Notes: generated from the sequence alone by a model not told the origin. Counted from the stretch's first letter, positions 1-10,697 are shown. The stretch is DNA of 64,000 nt from Candidatus Zixiibacteriota bacterium (GCA_024280835.1 JAJRPJ010000008.1:83730-147729); one strand, 5' to 3'. A program made the numbers and translations.

Positions 1-83
1 AGCGCTATTACAGCCCCTCCCCAACAGCGGAGCTGGACTACGACAGCGCCAAATAGTCAATTACGAAGACGACTGCAAATATT

Positions 84-908
84 ATGAATGATTCAAGCTC
101 CCGCAAAAAACTCCGCCTTTCGACAATTATGTCACGCAAGCGCAAAGGACAAAAAATTGTCGCGTTGACTGCTTATGATTATTCGATGGCGCGGATGCTC
201 GATGAAGCGGCAGTTGATTTACTGTTGGTTGGTGATAGCGCCGCCATGGTTGTGCATGGACACGAAAACACTTTGCCGATTACCATGGAGACAATGCTTG
301 ATCACACCGCCGCAGTTTCGCGTGGTTGCAAGTATGCTTTCATTGTCGCAGACATGCCTTTCATGAGTTACCAGGCCTCCCACGAACAAGCCATCACAAA
401 CGCTGGCCGTTTTATCAAAGACGCTGGCGCAGAGGCAGTCAAAATCGAAGGCGGCTTGGAGGTAGTCGATACTGCCAGAGCTATTGTCCGTGCAGGGATT
501 CCTGTGATGGCGCATATCGGTTTGTCATTCCAGCGTATCCACGAACAAAGCGGCGCCAAAGTTCAAGGCCGCAAAGACGCAGGTCAAACCTATCTGCTGG
601 AATCAGCCTTGGCGCTAGAAGAAGCTGGGGCTTTTTCGATAATACTCGAATTGATTCAAGACGATGTCGCCACTGAAATAACCAAGAAATTGCAAATCCC
701 GACAATTGGTATCGGCGCGGGCAATGCCTGTGACGGCCAAATTCTTGTGACTAATGACATTCTGGGAATGTATGACAGGATGCAGCCGAAGTTTGTGCGA
801 CGTTATGCCAATCTCGGCGAAACTATAGTCAAAGCCGCCAAAGATTTCGGCGCCGATGTCCGTAGTGGCTCCTACCCCGACGACAGCGAAACATTTTCTG
901 CGAAGTAA
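84..908 (+). CDS. panB: 3-methyl-2-oxobutanoate hydroxymethyltransferase (ketopantoate hydroxymethyltransferase)
   Basis: 274-aa ORF. The stretch ALTAYDYSMARMLDEAAVDLLLVGDSAAMVVHGH...AVKIEGG...IGIGAG matches the PanB TIM-barrel pattern. Confidence 0.92.
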   Translation: MNDSSSRKKLRLSTIMSRKRKGQKIVALTAYDYSMARMLDEAAVDLLLVGDSAAMVVHGHENTLPITMETMLDHTAAVSRGCKYAFIVADMPFMSYQASHEQAITNAGRFIKDAGAEAVKIEGGLEVVDTARAIVRAGIPVMAHIGLSFQRIHEQSGAKVQGRKDAGQTYLLESALALEEAGAFSIILELIQDDVATEITKKLQIPTIGIGAGNACDGQILVTNDILGMYDRMQPKFVRRYANLGETIVKAAKDFGADVRSGSYPDDSETFSAK

Positions 909-945
909 GCGCTTGGCTTTAATTGTCACATCAAAACCCAATCAT

Positions 946-1032
946 CGTAGTGGCGTCCCTTGGGAGGCCTTGTTTGATTATTAGGAAACTATTACCTTAT
1001 GCGAAAAAGGCGCCCCAAGGGACGCCACTACG
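946..1032. repeat. 19-bp perfect inverted repeat with a 49-nt spacer between convergent panB and arsC; probable bidirectional terminator or REP-like element
   Basis: CGTAGTGGCGTCCCTTGGG (946..964) is the exact reverse complement of CCCAAGGGACGCCACTACG (1014..1032). Confidence 0.7.
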
Positions 1033-1056
1033 GGGGAGATGCTGATTCCTGTTGAG

Positions 1057-1491
1057 CTACAAATCACCGTTGCGAATTTTCTCGAACATATCGGCTATTC
1101 TCTCGCGTAGCATCTCACGCACTTTTTCGAAGTTTCTATTTTTTTCTTCTTCGGTATAGTGATTGCCATAGGGGTCAGGTATCGACCAATGCAGTGTACT
1201 TTTGTCGGTGGGAATTGAAACACATTGCTCTTTAGCGCTATCACAAACAGTGACAAAATAGTTCGCCCAGATTCGATGTGACGGTGTGAAAGTATCTGAA
1301 GTCTGAGCGCTAATATCAATTCCGATTTCTTTCATCGAAGCAATAGCGTCACTATTAACCCCACCAGCCCGAATACCTGCAGACTTAATTTCAAAGTCTT
1401 CCCCAGCCATGTCTTTGGCAAGTCCTTCCGCCATTTGCGAACGACAAGAGTTCCAAGAGCAAACAAAAAGTATGTTCTTCTTTTGTTTCAT
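1057..1491 (-). CDS. arsC: arsenate reductase, LMW-PTPase family (thioredoxin-coupled type)
   Basis: 144-aa ORF. It has the CX5R P-loop CSWNSCRS near the N-terminus and the downstream Cys pair VCDSAKEQC (C-x6-C), as in pI258-type ArsC. Confidence 0.8.
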   Translation of the reverse strand: MKQKKNILFVCSWNSCRSQMAEGLAKDMAGEDFEIKSAGIRAGGVNSDAIASMKEIGIDISAQTSDTFTPSHRIWANYFVTVCDSAKEQCVSIPTDKSTLHWSIPDPYGNHYTEEEKNRNFEKVREMLRERIADMFEKIRNGDL

Positions 1492-1517
1492 ATAGATATT
1501 CTTTTCAAGTAGATAGT

Positions 1518-2075
1518 CTAATGGGTGTAGTCTGGATTCCAGATTAGCTCACGGATAACCGCGAGGTGGTGATCGTCATGTTCGGCGATAAGTTCGAGGT
1601 AATCAAATAAGCGAATACTCTCATTCATTCGCGGATGAATCGCACGTTTTTCGAAAGCAGACTCTGGCAAGCCATACAGAACATTTGTGATAATCGAACG
1701 TCCAACTCGAAAGCGCTGCAAGATTGGATCCAGCGGTTGACGATTGTAATGTTCATCCTCGGTCTTGCTATTGCTAGAATCAGCGCCACTCAGAATCTCA
1801 ACCTCATTGAGAAACTCTTTGATTCGTCGACTGTGCAAATCATCGACATCCAATAAATGGCCAGCGTGATCCAACGGACTCCAGCGTAAAGTTGGTCGCA
1901 GTGATTTTGTAGCGTCTGGAGAGGGAGTGCGAACTTTGATAACTCGCTCTTCGATTCCTGTCAGGGCATCCTGCAATCGGGCGGAAGTCCCGTTAACCCG
2001 TGAAATTAGAACTCGCACATCAGCCACCGAACCAGAATGCACAAAACTTCTCTCTGACCAAGGGCGAATAATCAT
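1518..2075 (-). CDS. DinB-superfamily (DinB_2-like) protein
   Basis: The track ORF 1518..2354 overlaps the secA 3' end out of frame, so I trimmed it to the Met at 2075. The C-terminal half (WSPLDHAGHLLD...ELIAEHDDHHLAVIRE) has the His-rich four-helix-bundle pattern of the DinB family. Confidence 0.55.
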   Translation of the reverse strand: MIIRPWSERSFVHSGSVADVRVLISRVNGTSARLQDALTGIEERVIKVRTPSPDATKSLRPTLRWSPLDHAGHLLDVDDLHSRRIKEFLNEVEILSGADSSNSKTEDEHYNRQPLDPILQRFRVGRSIITNVLYGLPESAFEKRAIHPRMNESIRLFDYLELIAEHDDHHLAVIRELIWNPDYTH

Positions 2076-2115
2076 AGGACAGTTCTTTGTCAACAAATCG
2101 CTCTTCAACAAATCC

Positions 2116-5100
2116 TTATGCGCCGTGACACTTCTTATATTTCTTACCTGAGCCACATGGACAAGCGTCATTACGGCCCACCTTTGGCATTTCACGCACC
2201 AAAGTCTTAGTCTTCCCTGTCTCAGGATCAACACTGGCGATTTGGCCTTTGACTTTCGGTTTATCTGCGACAGGAGCATTTCCCTCACCGCCGCCCGCAT
2301 AAGACATATTTGTCGCATCATCATGACGTGTCGTAATCGACGGCGCCTGCGCACGTTGCGGCTCAGCCTGACGCACCTGCATTTTGTAAATCATACCAAC
2401 AGCATCGCGATCAACTCTATGGATAAGGCTCTGGAACATCGTTAACCCTTCCTTTTTGTAAATATCAATCGGTTTGCCGAGCCCTTGATGGTACCCACGC
2501 AATCCAATACCTGCGCGCAGTTCATCCATCTCAGCGAGATGGTCACGCCATTGATTGTCGATAGTGGAAAGCACCGCGTACTTTTCAAGCTGGCGCATTA
2601 TATCTGAGCCAATAGCTTGCTCTTTCATCTCATAAATATTCTGCGCGGCTTTTTGCAAACGTTCAAAAAACTCTTCGCGTGGTAACTCAGAGATATCATC
2701 ATCTGAGAAATCCATGCTGACTAAGAAAGTGTTACGCATATCCGAACGTAGGCCTTCGAAGTCCCACTGAAATGGTTCAACTTTCTCAGGACAACGACCG
2801 TCGATAATGCCTTGCAAGACGTCATCAATCAACTCCAGCGCCTCATCCTTAATCGAAGCTCGTGTCAAAGCTGAGGCGCGGCGCTGATAAATCCAACGAC
2901 GCTGAACGTTCATCACATCATCATATTCGAGAGTGTTCTTGCGAATCGCAAAGTTTTGCGCTTCTACTTTTTTCTGCGCGCGCTCAATCGCTTTAGTGAC
3001 CATCTTGGCCTGAATAACTTCGCCCTCTTCGAGGCCCAACTTATCCATAATTGTACCCAAACGATCACCACCAAAGAGACGCATCAAATCATCTTCCAAA
3101 GACAGGAAGAACTTCGAAGAGCCAGGGTCACCCTGACGACCCGAACGTCCGCGAAGCTGGCGATCAATACGGCGTGACTCATGGCGTTCAGTACCGATAA
3201 TATGCAAACCACCAGATTCAACCACGCCTTCGCCAAGCTTAATATCTGTGCCTCGACCAGCCATGTTGGTAGCGATTGTCACCGCTCCTGGCTGTCCTGC
3301 CCCAGCGACAACTTCGGCTTCCCGTTGGTGAAACTTTGCATTGAGAACATTATGTTCAATGCCAGTGCGTTTCAACATACGAGAAAGTGTCTCAGAGACT
3401 TCAACCGATACAGTACCAACCAAAGTCGGACGGTTCTGCGCATGCACTTCCTGAATTTCTAAAATAATCGCATTGTATTTTTCGCGACGAGTCCGATAGA
3501 TTTCATCTTCCATATCGTCACGAACAATAACTCTATTGGATGGGATACAAAGCACATCCAGCCCATAGATATTGGCAAACTCGTCGGCTTCGGTCTCCGC
3601 AGTACCAGTCATGCCCGCCAACTTAGAATACATGCGGAAATAATTCTGCAAAGTGACAGTCGCCATTGTCTGCGACTCACCTTCAATCCGCACACCCTCT
3701 TTAGCCTCAATCGCCTGATGCAACCCATCAGAGTAGCGACGACCAGGCATTAGACGTCCAGTGAACTCATCGACAATATTGATTTTGCCTTCTTGGACGA
3801 CATATTCATTGTCCTTCTCGAAGAGCATATAGGCCTTCAACAACTGTTGAATCGAATGCACTTTCTCTGTCCGTTCGGCATGCAAATCATAGAGCTGCTC
3901 CGAACGCTTATTCTTTTCGTCAGTATCAAGAGAGTCATCACCCTCAATTTCCGAAAGCGCCACTGATAGATCAGGAATAATAAACAAGTCACGAATCTCT
4001 TGCGGGAATTGCTCTTCGCCATTGTCAGTTAGACTGGTAGTGTTATCACGCTCGATAATGACATAATACAATGTCTCGTCTAACTCATGCAGACGTTTAT
4101 CGCGAATGTAATTAGCTTCGGTATCGACAATTAATTTGGCAACACCTGTCTCTTTTTTCAGCTTAAGGAAGCGCTTGTTTTTTGGGGCGCCGCGTGAGAC
4201 CGCAAGCATCCTCCAACCAGCTTCAAACTTATCTTCATCCTTATCAGACTTTAGAAGCTCTTCGGCTTCACTGAGATATTGATTGACCAAACGCAACTGC
4301 TTACGCACAAGCGTATCAACTGTCGGTTTCATCTCTGTATAACGTTGATTAATATTCGACTGAACCGCGCCAGAGATAATCAGAGGCGTACGCGCCTCAT
4401 CAATAAGAACCGAATCAACTTCATCGACTATTGCATAGTGATGCCCACGTTGAACCATATCTTCGGCTTGGGTAGCCATATTGTCACGTAAATAATCAAA
4501 ACCGAACTCATTGTTGGTGCCATAGACAACGTCTTTGTTATATTTCTCCCGACGTTCATCAGGAGCCATACCGTTTTGGATGCAGCCCACTGTCAATCCT
4601 AAGAACTCGAACAAGTGCCCCATCCACTCAGAGTCACGAAGAGCCAAGAAATCGTTGACTGTCACTACATGCAAACCACGACCCGTTAGCGCATTCAGAT
4701 AGATTGGCAAGGTCGCAACAAGTGTCTTACCCTCACCTGTCGCCATCTCGGCAATTCTTCCTTGATGCAATACCACGCCACCGATTAACTGCACATCAAA
4801 TGGCACCATCTCCCAGTGAATAACTTGTTCGGCGGCCTCCCATGAGGTTCCGCATAGTCTGCGACAGCCATCTTTGACAACCGCAAAAGCCTCTGGCAAT
4901 AGCTCATCGAGTAGTTCTTGCAAAAGACCACGCTCAACTTTCAAACGTCGATCACGCTCATCAGATGACTCGCCCGCTTCTGGGTCTTCAGGCCCAAAAG
5001 TGTCGGTTAGCTCTTTGATCTTAGCCTGAAATGCCAGAGTTTTAGCTCGCAAGTCATCGTCACTCAATGACTCAAGTGTCGGATAGATATCGTTGATTTG

Positions 5101-5175
5101 CTCAACGATAGGCGCTATTTTTTTGATATTTCGGGAGTGATAATCCCCGAATAGTTTTTTGAAAGTTGCTTTCAT
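2116..5175 (-). CDS. secA: preprotein translocase ATPase SecA
   Basis: 1019-aa ORF. It has the Walker A motif MATGEGKTLVATLP, DEAD-like DEVDSVLIDEARTPLIISG, and the C-terminal zinc finger CPCGSGKKYKKCHG. Confidence 0.97.
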   Translation of the reverse strand: MKATFKKLFGDYHSRNIKKIAPIVEQINDIYPTLESLSDDDLRAKTLAFQAKIKELTDTFGPEDPEAGESSDERDRRLKVERGLLQELLDELLPEAFAVVKDGCRRLCGTSWEAAEQVIHWEMVPFDVQLIGGVVLHQGRIAEMATGEGKTLVATLPIYLNALTGRGLHVVTVNDFLALRDSEWMGHLFEFLGLTVGCIQNGMAPDERREKYNKDVVYGTNNEFGFDYLRDNMATQAEDMVQRGHHYAIVDEVDSVLIDEARTPLIISGAVQSNINQRYTEMKPTVDTLVRKQLRLVNQYLSEAEELLKSDKDEDKFEAGWRMLAVSRGAPKNKRFLKLKKETGVAKLIVDTEANYIRDKRLHELDETLYYVIIERDNTTSLTDNGEEQFPQEIRDLFIIPDLSVALSEIEGDDSLDTDEKNKRSEQLYDLHAERTEKVHSIQQLLKAYMLFEKDNEYVVQEGKINIVDEFTGRLMPGRRYSDGLHQAIEAKEGVRIEGESQTMATVTLQNYFRMYSKLAGMTGTAETEADEFANIYGLDVLCIPSNRVIVRDDMEDEIYRTRREKYNAIILEIQEVHAQNRPTLVGTVSVEVSETLSRMLKRTGIEHNVLNAKFHQREAEVVAGAGQPGAVTIATNMAGRGTDIKLGEGVVESGGLHIIGTERHESRRIDRQLRGRSGRQGDPGSSKFFLSLEDDLMRLFGGDRLGTIMDKLGLEEGEVIQAKMVTKAIERAQKKVEAQNFAIRKNTLEYDDVMNVQRRWIYQRRASALTRASIKDEALELIDDVLQGIIDGRCPEKVEPFQWDFEGLRSDMRNTFLVSMDFSDDDISELPREEFFERLQKAAQNIYEMKEQAIGSDIMRQLEKYAVLSTIDNQWRDHLAEMDELRAGIGLRGYHQGLGKPIDIYKKEGLTMFQSLIHRVDRDAVGMIYKMQVRQAEPQRAQAPSITTRHDDATNMSYAGGGEGNAPVADKPKVKGQIASVDPETGKTKTLVREMPKVGRNDACPCGSGKKYKKCHGA

Positions 5176-5534
5176 TTTTTACTCTGGCCTCAAACGATAA
5201 TCAATCGTCCGCCCTGACCGTATTCTCTCTCTTAATATTACATTGCCTTAGTAAGGTTACTTAGTACCGCTACAGTTCCCAATACTCTCGAAGAAATCAA
5301 CCTGAGAGTCGACTGTACGCCGCAAAACCCTTATACTCAACTTAATAATGTTTCGGCTCAACAGCCAAACATTCCGCTCGGGAAAATACCCAATCTGACC
5401 GTGTTGAGCAACAATCTAATGACCCGCCCAACATCAAGAGAACATATTGTCCTACGGCAGGTTACATAGCAAGCTATGTCGGTCAGTTAGCAGAAGAATT
5501 AACAATATATCGCCGCATTAGGGATACAGTAACA

Positions 5535-6503
5535 TTGGGTTCTAAAGCCACGCCAGATTCAGACACCGACCAGACCCTATCTGGGGATGAAAGGGCCAAC
5601 GAGTTTCTCACTGGGCTAGTAATCCGCGCCTATGGCAAACACTTCGTTGCTAGAACCAAATCAGGCGATTTTCGCTGTCTTCTCCGCGTCAATATCAAGC
5701 GCAAATCCAAAACCGATACGCCAGTGGTTGTTGGCGATGATGTCCATCTTACCCGTCTATCTGATACCGAAGGGGTGATTGAGCGTGTTGAACCGAGGAA
5801 GACCGCTTTTTTTCGCCCCCAAAAGGGACGCTCCAGTCTAAGACAAACTCTAGCTGCCAATATTGATCAACTTGTTGTAGTCTCATCCTGCTGGGAACCA
5901 CCACTCAAACCACGCTTTATTGATCGTTTTATAGTCGCAGGGGATTTGGGAGGCTTAGAATCTGTGGTTATTCTCAACAAAGTGGACCTCGGCAAGCCTG
6001 ATATTGTGGAAAAATTACGCGAGGGCTATGAATCGATAGGCATCCCAACGATTATCACCTCCGCTGAAACTGGTGAAGGACTCGAAAAACTTAGATCAGT
6101 CTTGGTCGGAAAAAAATCACTCTTTGCTGGACATTCTGGAGTAGGAAAGTCAACCCTGTTGAATTACCTCCTCCCAGGAATTAATATCAAGACCGCCGAA
6201 GTTTCAGAAAATTCAAGCCGAGGCAAACACACCACCACTCGAGTAGAATTGCATGAACTACCCACAGGTGGTTTCGTTTTGGACTCCCCTGGCCTCAAAG
6301 TTCTGTCTCTCTGGAAAGTCAGCCAAAAAACTCTGGCGCAGCACTTCCTAGAATTCGAACAATATATGGCCAATTGCCGTTTTCGGGATTGTGTCCATGT
6401 TTCCGAACCTGATTGCGCGGTTCGTGATGCAGCAGAAAGTGGGAAGATACCACTCTTTCGCTATCAGAGCTATATTCATATTAGAGAGACAATTGAGAGC
6501 TAA
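5535..6503 (+). CDS. rsgA: ribosome small-subunit-dependent GTPase A
   Basis: It has the circularly permuted GTPase order: NKVDL (G4) precedes GHSGVGKSTLLN (G1). The C-terminal zinc knuckle is CRFRDCVHVSEPDCAV. The start appears to be TTG. Confidence 0.88.
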   Translation: MGSKATPDSDTDQTLSGDERANEFLTGLVIRAYGKHFVARTKSGDFRCLLRVNIKRKSKTDTPVVVGDDVHLTRLSDTEGVIERVEPRKTAFFRPQKGRSSLRQTLAANIDQLVVVSSCWEPPLKPRFIDRFIVAGDLGGLESVVILNKVDLGKPDIVEKLREGYESIGIPTIITSAETGEGLEKLRSVLVGKKSLFAGHSGVGKSTLLNYLLPGINIKTAEVSENSSRGKHTTTRVELHELPTGGFVLDSPGLKVLSLWKVSQKTLAQHFLEFEQYMANCRFRDCVHVSEPDCAVRDAAESGKIPLFRYQSYIHIRETIES

Positions 6504-6636
6504 AGACATAAAACAGGTTGTTAATTCAACTGCGGGGTATAAGTTCTCTGGAAGCGCCGCCAGAAAAGCTGTATCTTCTCTAGGCGAGATGAAGGGGCGA
6601 GATGAGCCGCCAAGCCGCTGGCAAAGCTATAACCCC

Positions 6637-8886
6637 ATGATTAGTAGATTGATAAGACATAAATTGAAATCAAGATTGAATACAACCGAAACAACGGCGC
6701 TAAAGAGCAAAACGCTGGGTCAAACAATCCGTTCTGTAGTCTCAGCCAGTTCAGTTCGCAGAATCAGCGCCCTGTTGATAGCGCTGACCCTCATATCTTC
6801 CCTCTCTGGGTGTGTCTATTTTAATACTTTCTACAATGCCCGCAAGAACTTCAATGAAGCCGAAAGCGAACGAAAAAATTCTCTCGCCAAAGGCGGCAAA
6901 CCCCGAGTCAACCGTTCGAAATATAAGATCGCTATCGAAAAGTCCTCCGTTGTACTCGAAAAGCACCCCGACTCTAAGTACTATGACGATGCGCTCTATA
7001 TGATTGGCGTTTCGTACTATTGGACCACAGAATATCTCAAGAGCCAACGCAAGTTCCGCGAATTGCTGGCTAATTTTGAAGAATCCGATTACACCATCCG
7101 CTCTCGTCTATACCTCGCCAAATGTAAGTTGGCTCTCGATGAACGCGCTGAAGCAATCATAATTTTTCAAAATCTGCTCGAAACAGTCGATGATGACAAA
7201 ATTCGCACAGAAGCGGCCTTTGCAATTGGCGACTTCTATTTTGACGCCACCGAATACGAAAAAGCTAACATTTACTATGAAGCGCTAATTGACTCCTTGG
7301 CGTCTACTGATGTAGGCCGCAGAAAAGGACGACTAAGAGTTGCCGAAGGCTACTTTGCGCGTTTCTCAATTCCTGCGGCTAAGGACAATTTCTTGGCTGT
7401 TCTGGATATGAACCCAACTCTCGAAGAAGAATACGTGGCCAACTTTCGTGCGGGAGAATGTAGTTACCTTCTTCAAGACATCATTGGCGGACTTGAACGC
7501 TTTGAACTACTAGCTGATGACACACGCTTCTATGACTCAATCGGTAGTGTTCGCTTACAAATCGCACGTGGGTATGAACTCGATGACGACATGGAACTGG
7601 CTCTTGAAGAATATGAAAACATCTCTGTCGAATCCGAAGCTTCACCTGCGGCTGGAGCCGCCCTCTACAATCTCGGACTAATCTATCAATTCGACCTCGA
7701 AGATTTTGATAAGTCACTTGAATACTATGAACAGGCCAAGAAAAAAGGGCGCACTCGCAATCCATTCTACGATGAATCGGTTCGCCGAGCCGCCGATATA
7801 GCTAAGCTAGCAACGTTCAAGGAAGGCACGGCGCTAGACACTGCCGCCACACAAGAGCAAATTGATCAAGCCGCGCAAGCGCAGTTACGCCTCGGTGAAT
7901 TATTTCTCTTTGATCTCAATCAGCCCGACTCAGCTGTATCGGCCTTCCAGTATGCCATCGACAGTCTACCGAACGCCTACTACACACCGCGCGCCCTTCT
8001 CTCACTAGCGCTAACACAAAGAGACTATTTGGAAGACACGACCTCCTACGATTCGCTCATGCAAGAGTTTCTGGTCCGTTATCCAAAATCAGACTATTAT
8101 GCCGATGCCCTTGAGATACTCGGACTCGTGGGCACAGAAGCCGACACTGGTTACGCGGGAAGTTATTTCGCCAAAGCCGAACACTGGTTGATCGAAGAAA
8201 GCAACCTTGATTCAGCAATGAAATATTATGAGTTCGTCGCGGACTCTTTTCCGCAGTCCAAGGTCTCAACTAAAGCTCGATTCACACTCATTTGGCTCGA
8301 CGACAAATACAATGAACAAGAAACGGATTCGACTATTTACTTCGCTTATGGTGACCTAGCTGATCTGTACCCCAACGATGATTACGGCAAGTTAGCGGGA
8401 CAAATTTCTAGCTATTCGCCCAAGCAACAAATAGCCCCCACTGCCAATGGCGACTCGGCCACTTTCGCTGACCTCGATCAAGACTCTTTAGAGCTAGCCG
8501 CCGCAGTGCGGGAAAGTCAGGAAAGTTTTGTCTCCGTTGACACCTCACTTTCTCAAGAATTGCGTTTCTATGTTCGCGAAGGCAGACAACTACGTGATGC
8601 GCAATCGAGACCTAGAGCCAACAATCCTCTGGATTTCATCTACCCAGTCTCTGCCGCCTCACAACCAGATTTCTTCGATCTATATTTTCAGGTGCAAATT
8701 GACTTTGATGGCCTGGTGATGGATTCAAAACTGATGAACCCAACTCAATTTTCCGAATTGAACCGCCTGATTAAAGAGCAAGTTGATAACTTCGTTTTCA
8801 GCTCGAGTAAGTGGGGCGATTTAGGCCGTGGTGATGGCTGGTTCGTTTACAAATATCGCGTAACTAAGCCGGAGTACCTTCGATGA
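6637..8886 (+). CDS. TPR-repeat outer-membrane lipoprotein (BamD/YbgF-like architecture)
   Basis: The track ORF starts at 6391 inside rsgA. I moved the start to the ATG at 6637, which gives a lipobox (LISSLSGC). Multiple TPR-like helices follow (YYDDALYMIGVSYYW, AAFAIGDFYF, ALYNLGLIYQ). Confidence 0.6.
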   Translation: MISRLIRHKLKSRLNTTETTALKSKTLGQTIRSVVSASSVRRISALLIALTLISSLSGCVYFNTFYNARKNFNEAESERKNSLAKGGKPRVNRSKYKIAIEKSSVVLEKHPDSKYYDDALYMIGVSYYWTTEYLKSQRKFRELLANFEESDYTIRSRLYLAKCKLALDERAEAIIIFQNLLETVDDDKIRTEAAFAIGDFYFDATEYEKANIYYEALIDSLASTDVGRRKGRLRVAEGYFARFSIPAAKDNFLAVLDMNPTLEEEYVANFRAGECSYLLQDIIGGLERFELLADDTRFYDSIGSVRLQIARGYELDDDMELALEEYENISVESEASPAAGAALYNLGLIYQFDLEDFDKSLEYYEQAKKKGRTRNPFYDESVRRAADIAKLATFKEGTALDTAATQEQIDQAAQAQLRLGELFLFDLNQPDSAVSAFQYAIDSLPNAYYTPRALLSLALTQRDYLEDTTSYDSLMQEFLVRYPKSDYYADALEILGLVGTEADTGYAGSYFAKAEHWLIEESNLDSAMKYYEFVADSFPQSKVSTKARFTLIWLDDKYNEQETDSTIYFAYGDLADLYPNDDYGKLAGQISSYSPKQQIAPTANGDSATFADLDQDSLELAAAVRESQESFVSVDTSLSQELRFYVREGRQLRDAQSRPRANNPLDFIYPVSAASQPDFFDLYFQVQIDFDGLVMDSKLMNPTQFSELNRLIKEQVDNFVFSSSKWGDLGRGDGWFVYKYRVTKPEYLR

Positions 8887-9707
8887 AAAATATTGCGATG
8901 AAGCGCACTACTATGAAGCCTATTGTCTCAGTTGATGTCGAGCTGACCAAGCGTAAAGACCTCAAAAACGATTACTTAAGTTTGACTTTTTCAGGGTTTA
9001 ATCGAGCCCGTCAATGTAAACCGGGACAATTTGTCCATATCGGATTCAATATTGCAGGTGTCTTCTACCGCCGCGCATTTTCTATCGCTGGCGCAAACGC
9101 CTCAGAGCAGTCACTTGAAATAATTCTCAAAGTCGTTGGCCGTGGTAGTCGCTATATGGCCAATATGAAAATTGGTGATTCACTCAATTTCCTCGGACCT
9201 CTTGGAAAACCATTTACAATCCCACGCAAAAGCCAAACTGCGCTGATGGTCGCAGGCGGTGTCGGTTATCCCCCACTCTTATACTTAGCCAACTATCTGA
9301 TTGAACGTGGCTGGGACCCTAAGCGCATTGTCTTCTTCTATGGCGGACAAGGCTCGCCCGACATTGTCGATCGCGCCCGAATCAAGCGCATGGGAGTGAC
9401 ATTCGTCCCGACTACCGACGACGGCTCTTTTGGCTTTCATGGCAGAGTGACAACTCCGTTAGTCCAAGCGCTAGCCGATAAAACCTATCAATCACCAATG
9501 ATATATTCATGCGGCCCAGAAGCCATGCTCAAAGCAGTTGACCAAATAGGCACAGAGTTCGAAACACCAGGCGAACTTGCGCTCGAAGCCCCCATGCCGT
9601 GCGGCTTTGGAATTTGTTTGGGATGTGTTGTCCCACTCCGCGCTGGCGGAACAGCCAGAGTCTGTCAGGAAGGCCCCGCCTTCGCAATCGGAACTGTAAA
9701 ACTATAA
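8883..9707 (+). CDS. pyrK: dihydroorotate dehydrogenase B electron-transfer subunit
   Basis: It has the FAD motif RRAFSIA and the NAD-binding MVAGGVGYPPL. The C-terminal 2Fe-2S cysteines are CGFGICLGCVV...RVCQEGP. Its start overlaps the upstream stop by 4 nt (ATGA). Confidence 0.85.
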   Translation: MKNIAMKRTTMKPIVSVDVELTKRKDLKNDYLSLTFSGFNRARQCKPGQFVHIGFNIAGVFYRRAFSIAGANASEQSLEIILKVVGRGSRYMANMKIGDSLNFLGPLGKPFTIPRKSQTALMVAGGVGYPPLLYLANYLIERGWDPKRIVFFYGGQGSPDIVDRARIKRMGVTFVPTTDDGSFGFHGRVTTPLVQALADKTYQSPMIYSCGPEAMLKAVDQIGTEFETPGELALEAPMPCGFGICLGCVVPLRAGGTARVCQEGPAFAIGTVKL

Positions 9708-9743
9708 CTGTAACACCGTAAAAGACAACTAGACCATAACAGT

Positions 9744-10697
9744 ATGACTACCAAGACTAAAAGCAAGAAAACTACCAAATCTTCTCCCGATCTCTCGGTT
9801 GAAATCTGTGGCTATCGTTTCAAGAATCCAATTTGGACCGCCTCGGGAACCTGCGGCTATGGCGAAGAACTCGACACTGTCTTTGACTTGAATCGTCTCG
9901 GAGCAATCGTCACCAAGTCAATCACCCGCCAACCGCGCCCAGGTCACCCAACACCACGCTGCTCTGAAGAGGCCAGCGGAATGCTCAACGCTATCGGCTT
10001 GGCAAATGTCGGTGTCGAAAAATATGTCACTGAGAAATTGCGTTTTCTCGACAAGTATGATGTCGGTGTGATTGTCAATGTCGCTGGCTTCAATTTTGAT
10101 GAATATGTCGAAGTTTGCGCGATGTTGGCGGACTGTCCACGCGCAGATATGATTGAACTCAATATCTCCTGTCCGAATGTTTCCACTGGCGGAATCGAAT
10201 TCGGCGCTAGCGCAAAAGACGTTGAGAGAATTGTCAAAGCTGTCAAAAAAGTTTTCCCACGTCCGATCATCCCAAAACTCTCGCCGAATGTCACTAACAT
10301 CGCCGAAATCGCACGCGGCGCCGAACAAGGCGGCGCTGATGCTATCGCGCTGATTAACACTTTGATTGGCATGACAGTCGACATCTACACTCGCAAACCA
10401 AACCTCACCAACAATCGCGGCGGACTCTCTGGCCCAGCTATCAAACCTGTTGCGCTCTCGATGGTCAACAAAGTCTATGACGCAGTCGATGTACCTGTCA
10501 TCGGAATCGGCGGCGCTTCAAACGCCGAGGATGTCATCCAATTCATGCTCTGCGGAGCCAGCGCCGTCCAACTAGGCACAGCCCTATTCATCCAACCCGA
10601 CCTACCAATCAAAGTCGAACAAGACCTAAAAAAATACCTAAAATCCCAAAACCTAAGCTCCATAACCGACCTAATCGGCAAGATCGAAAAGTACTGA
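9744..10697 (+). CDS. pyrD: dihydroorotate dehydrogenase, class 1B catalytic subunit
   Basis: Motifs NAIGLANVG, ELNISCPNV (active-site Cys) and GIGGASNAEDV are present, and the gene lies adjacent to pyrK. Confidence 0.92.
   Translation: MTTKTKSKKTTKSSPDLSVEICGYRFKNPIWTASGTCGYGEELDTVFDLNRLGAIVTKSITRQPRPGHPTPRCSEEASGMLNAIGLANVGVEKYVTEKLRFLDKYDVGVIVNVAGFNFDEYVEVCAMLADCPRADMIELNISCPNVSTGGIEFGASAKDVERIVKAVKKVFPRPIIPKLSPNVTNIAEIARGAEQGGADAIALINTLIGMTVDIYTRKPNLTNNRGGLSGPAIKPVALSMVNKVYDAVDVPVIGIGGASNAEDVIQFMLCGASAVQLGTALFIQPDLPIKVEQDLKKYLKSQNLSSITDLIGKIEKY

Noticed and set aside
1518-2354. The full 278-aa track ORF as the DinB-like gene
   Set aside because: Its first ~93 codons (Arg-rich, MRRRRRLRHVMMM...) overlap the 3' end of secA (2116..) in another frame and look like a shadow reading. 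I trimmed it to the Met at 2075.
6391-6636. The N-terminal 82 codons of the 831-aa track ORF
   Set aside because: They overlap the rsgA C-terminus out of frame. A start at 6637 yields a proper lipoprotein signal (LISSLSGC).
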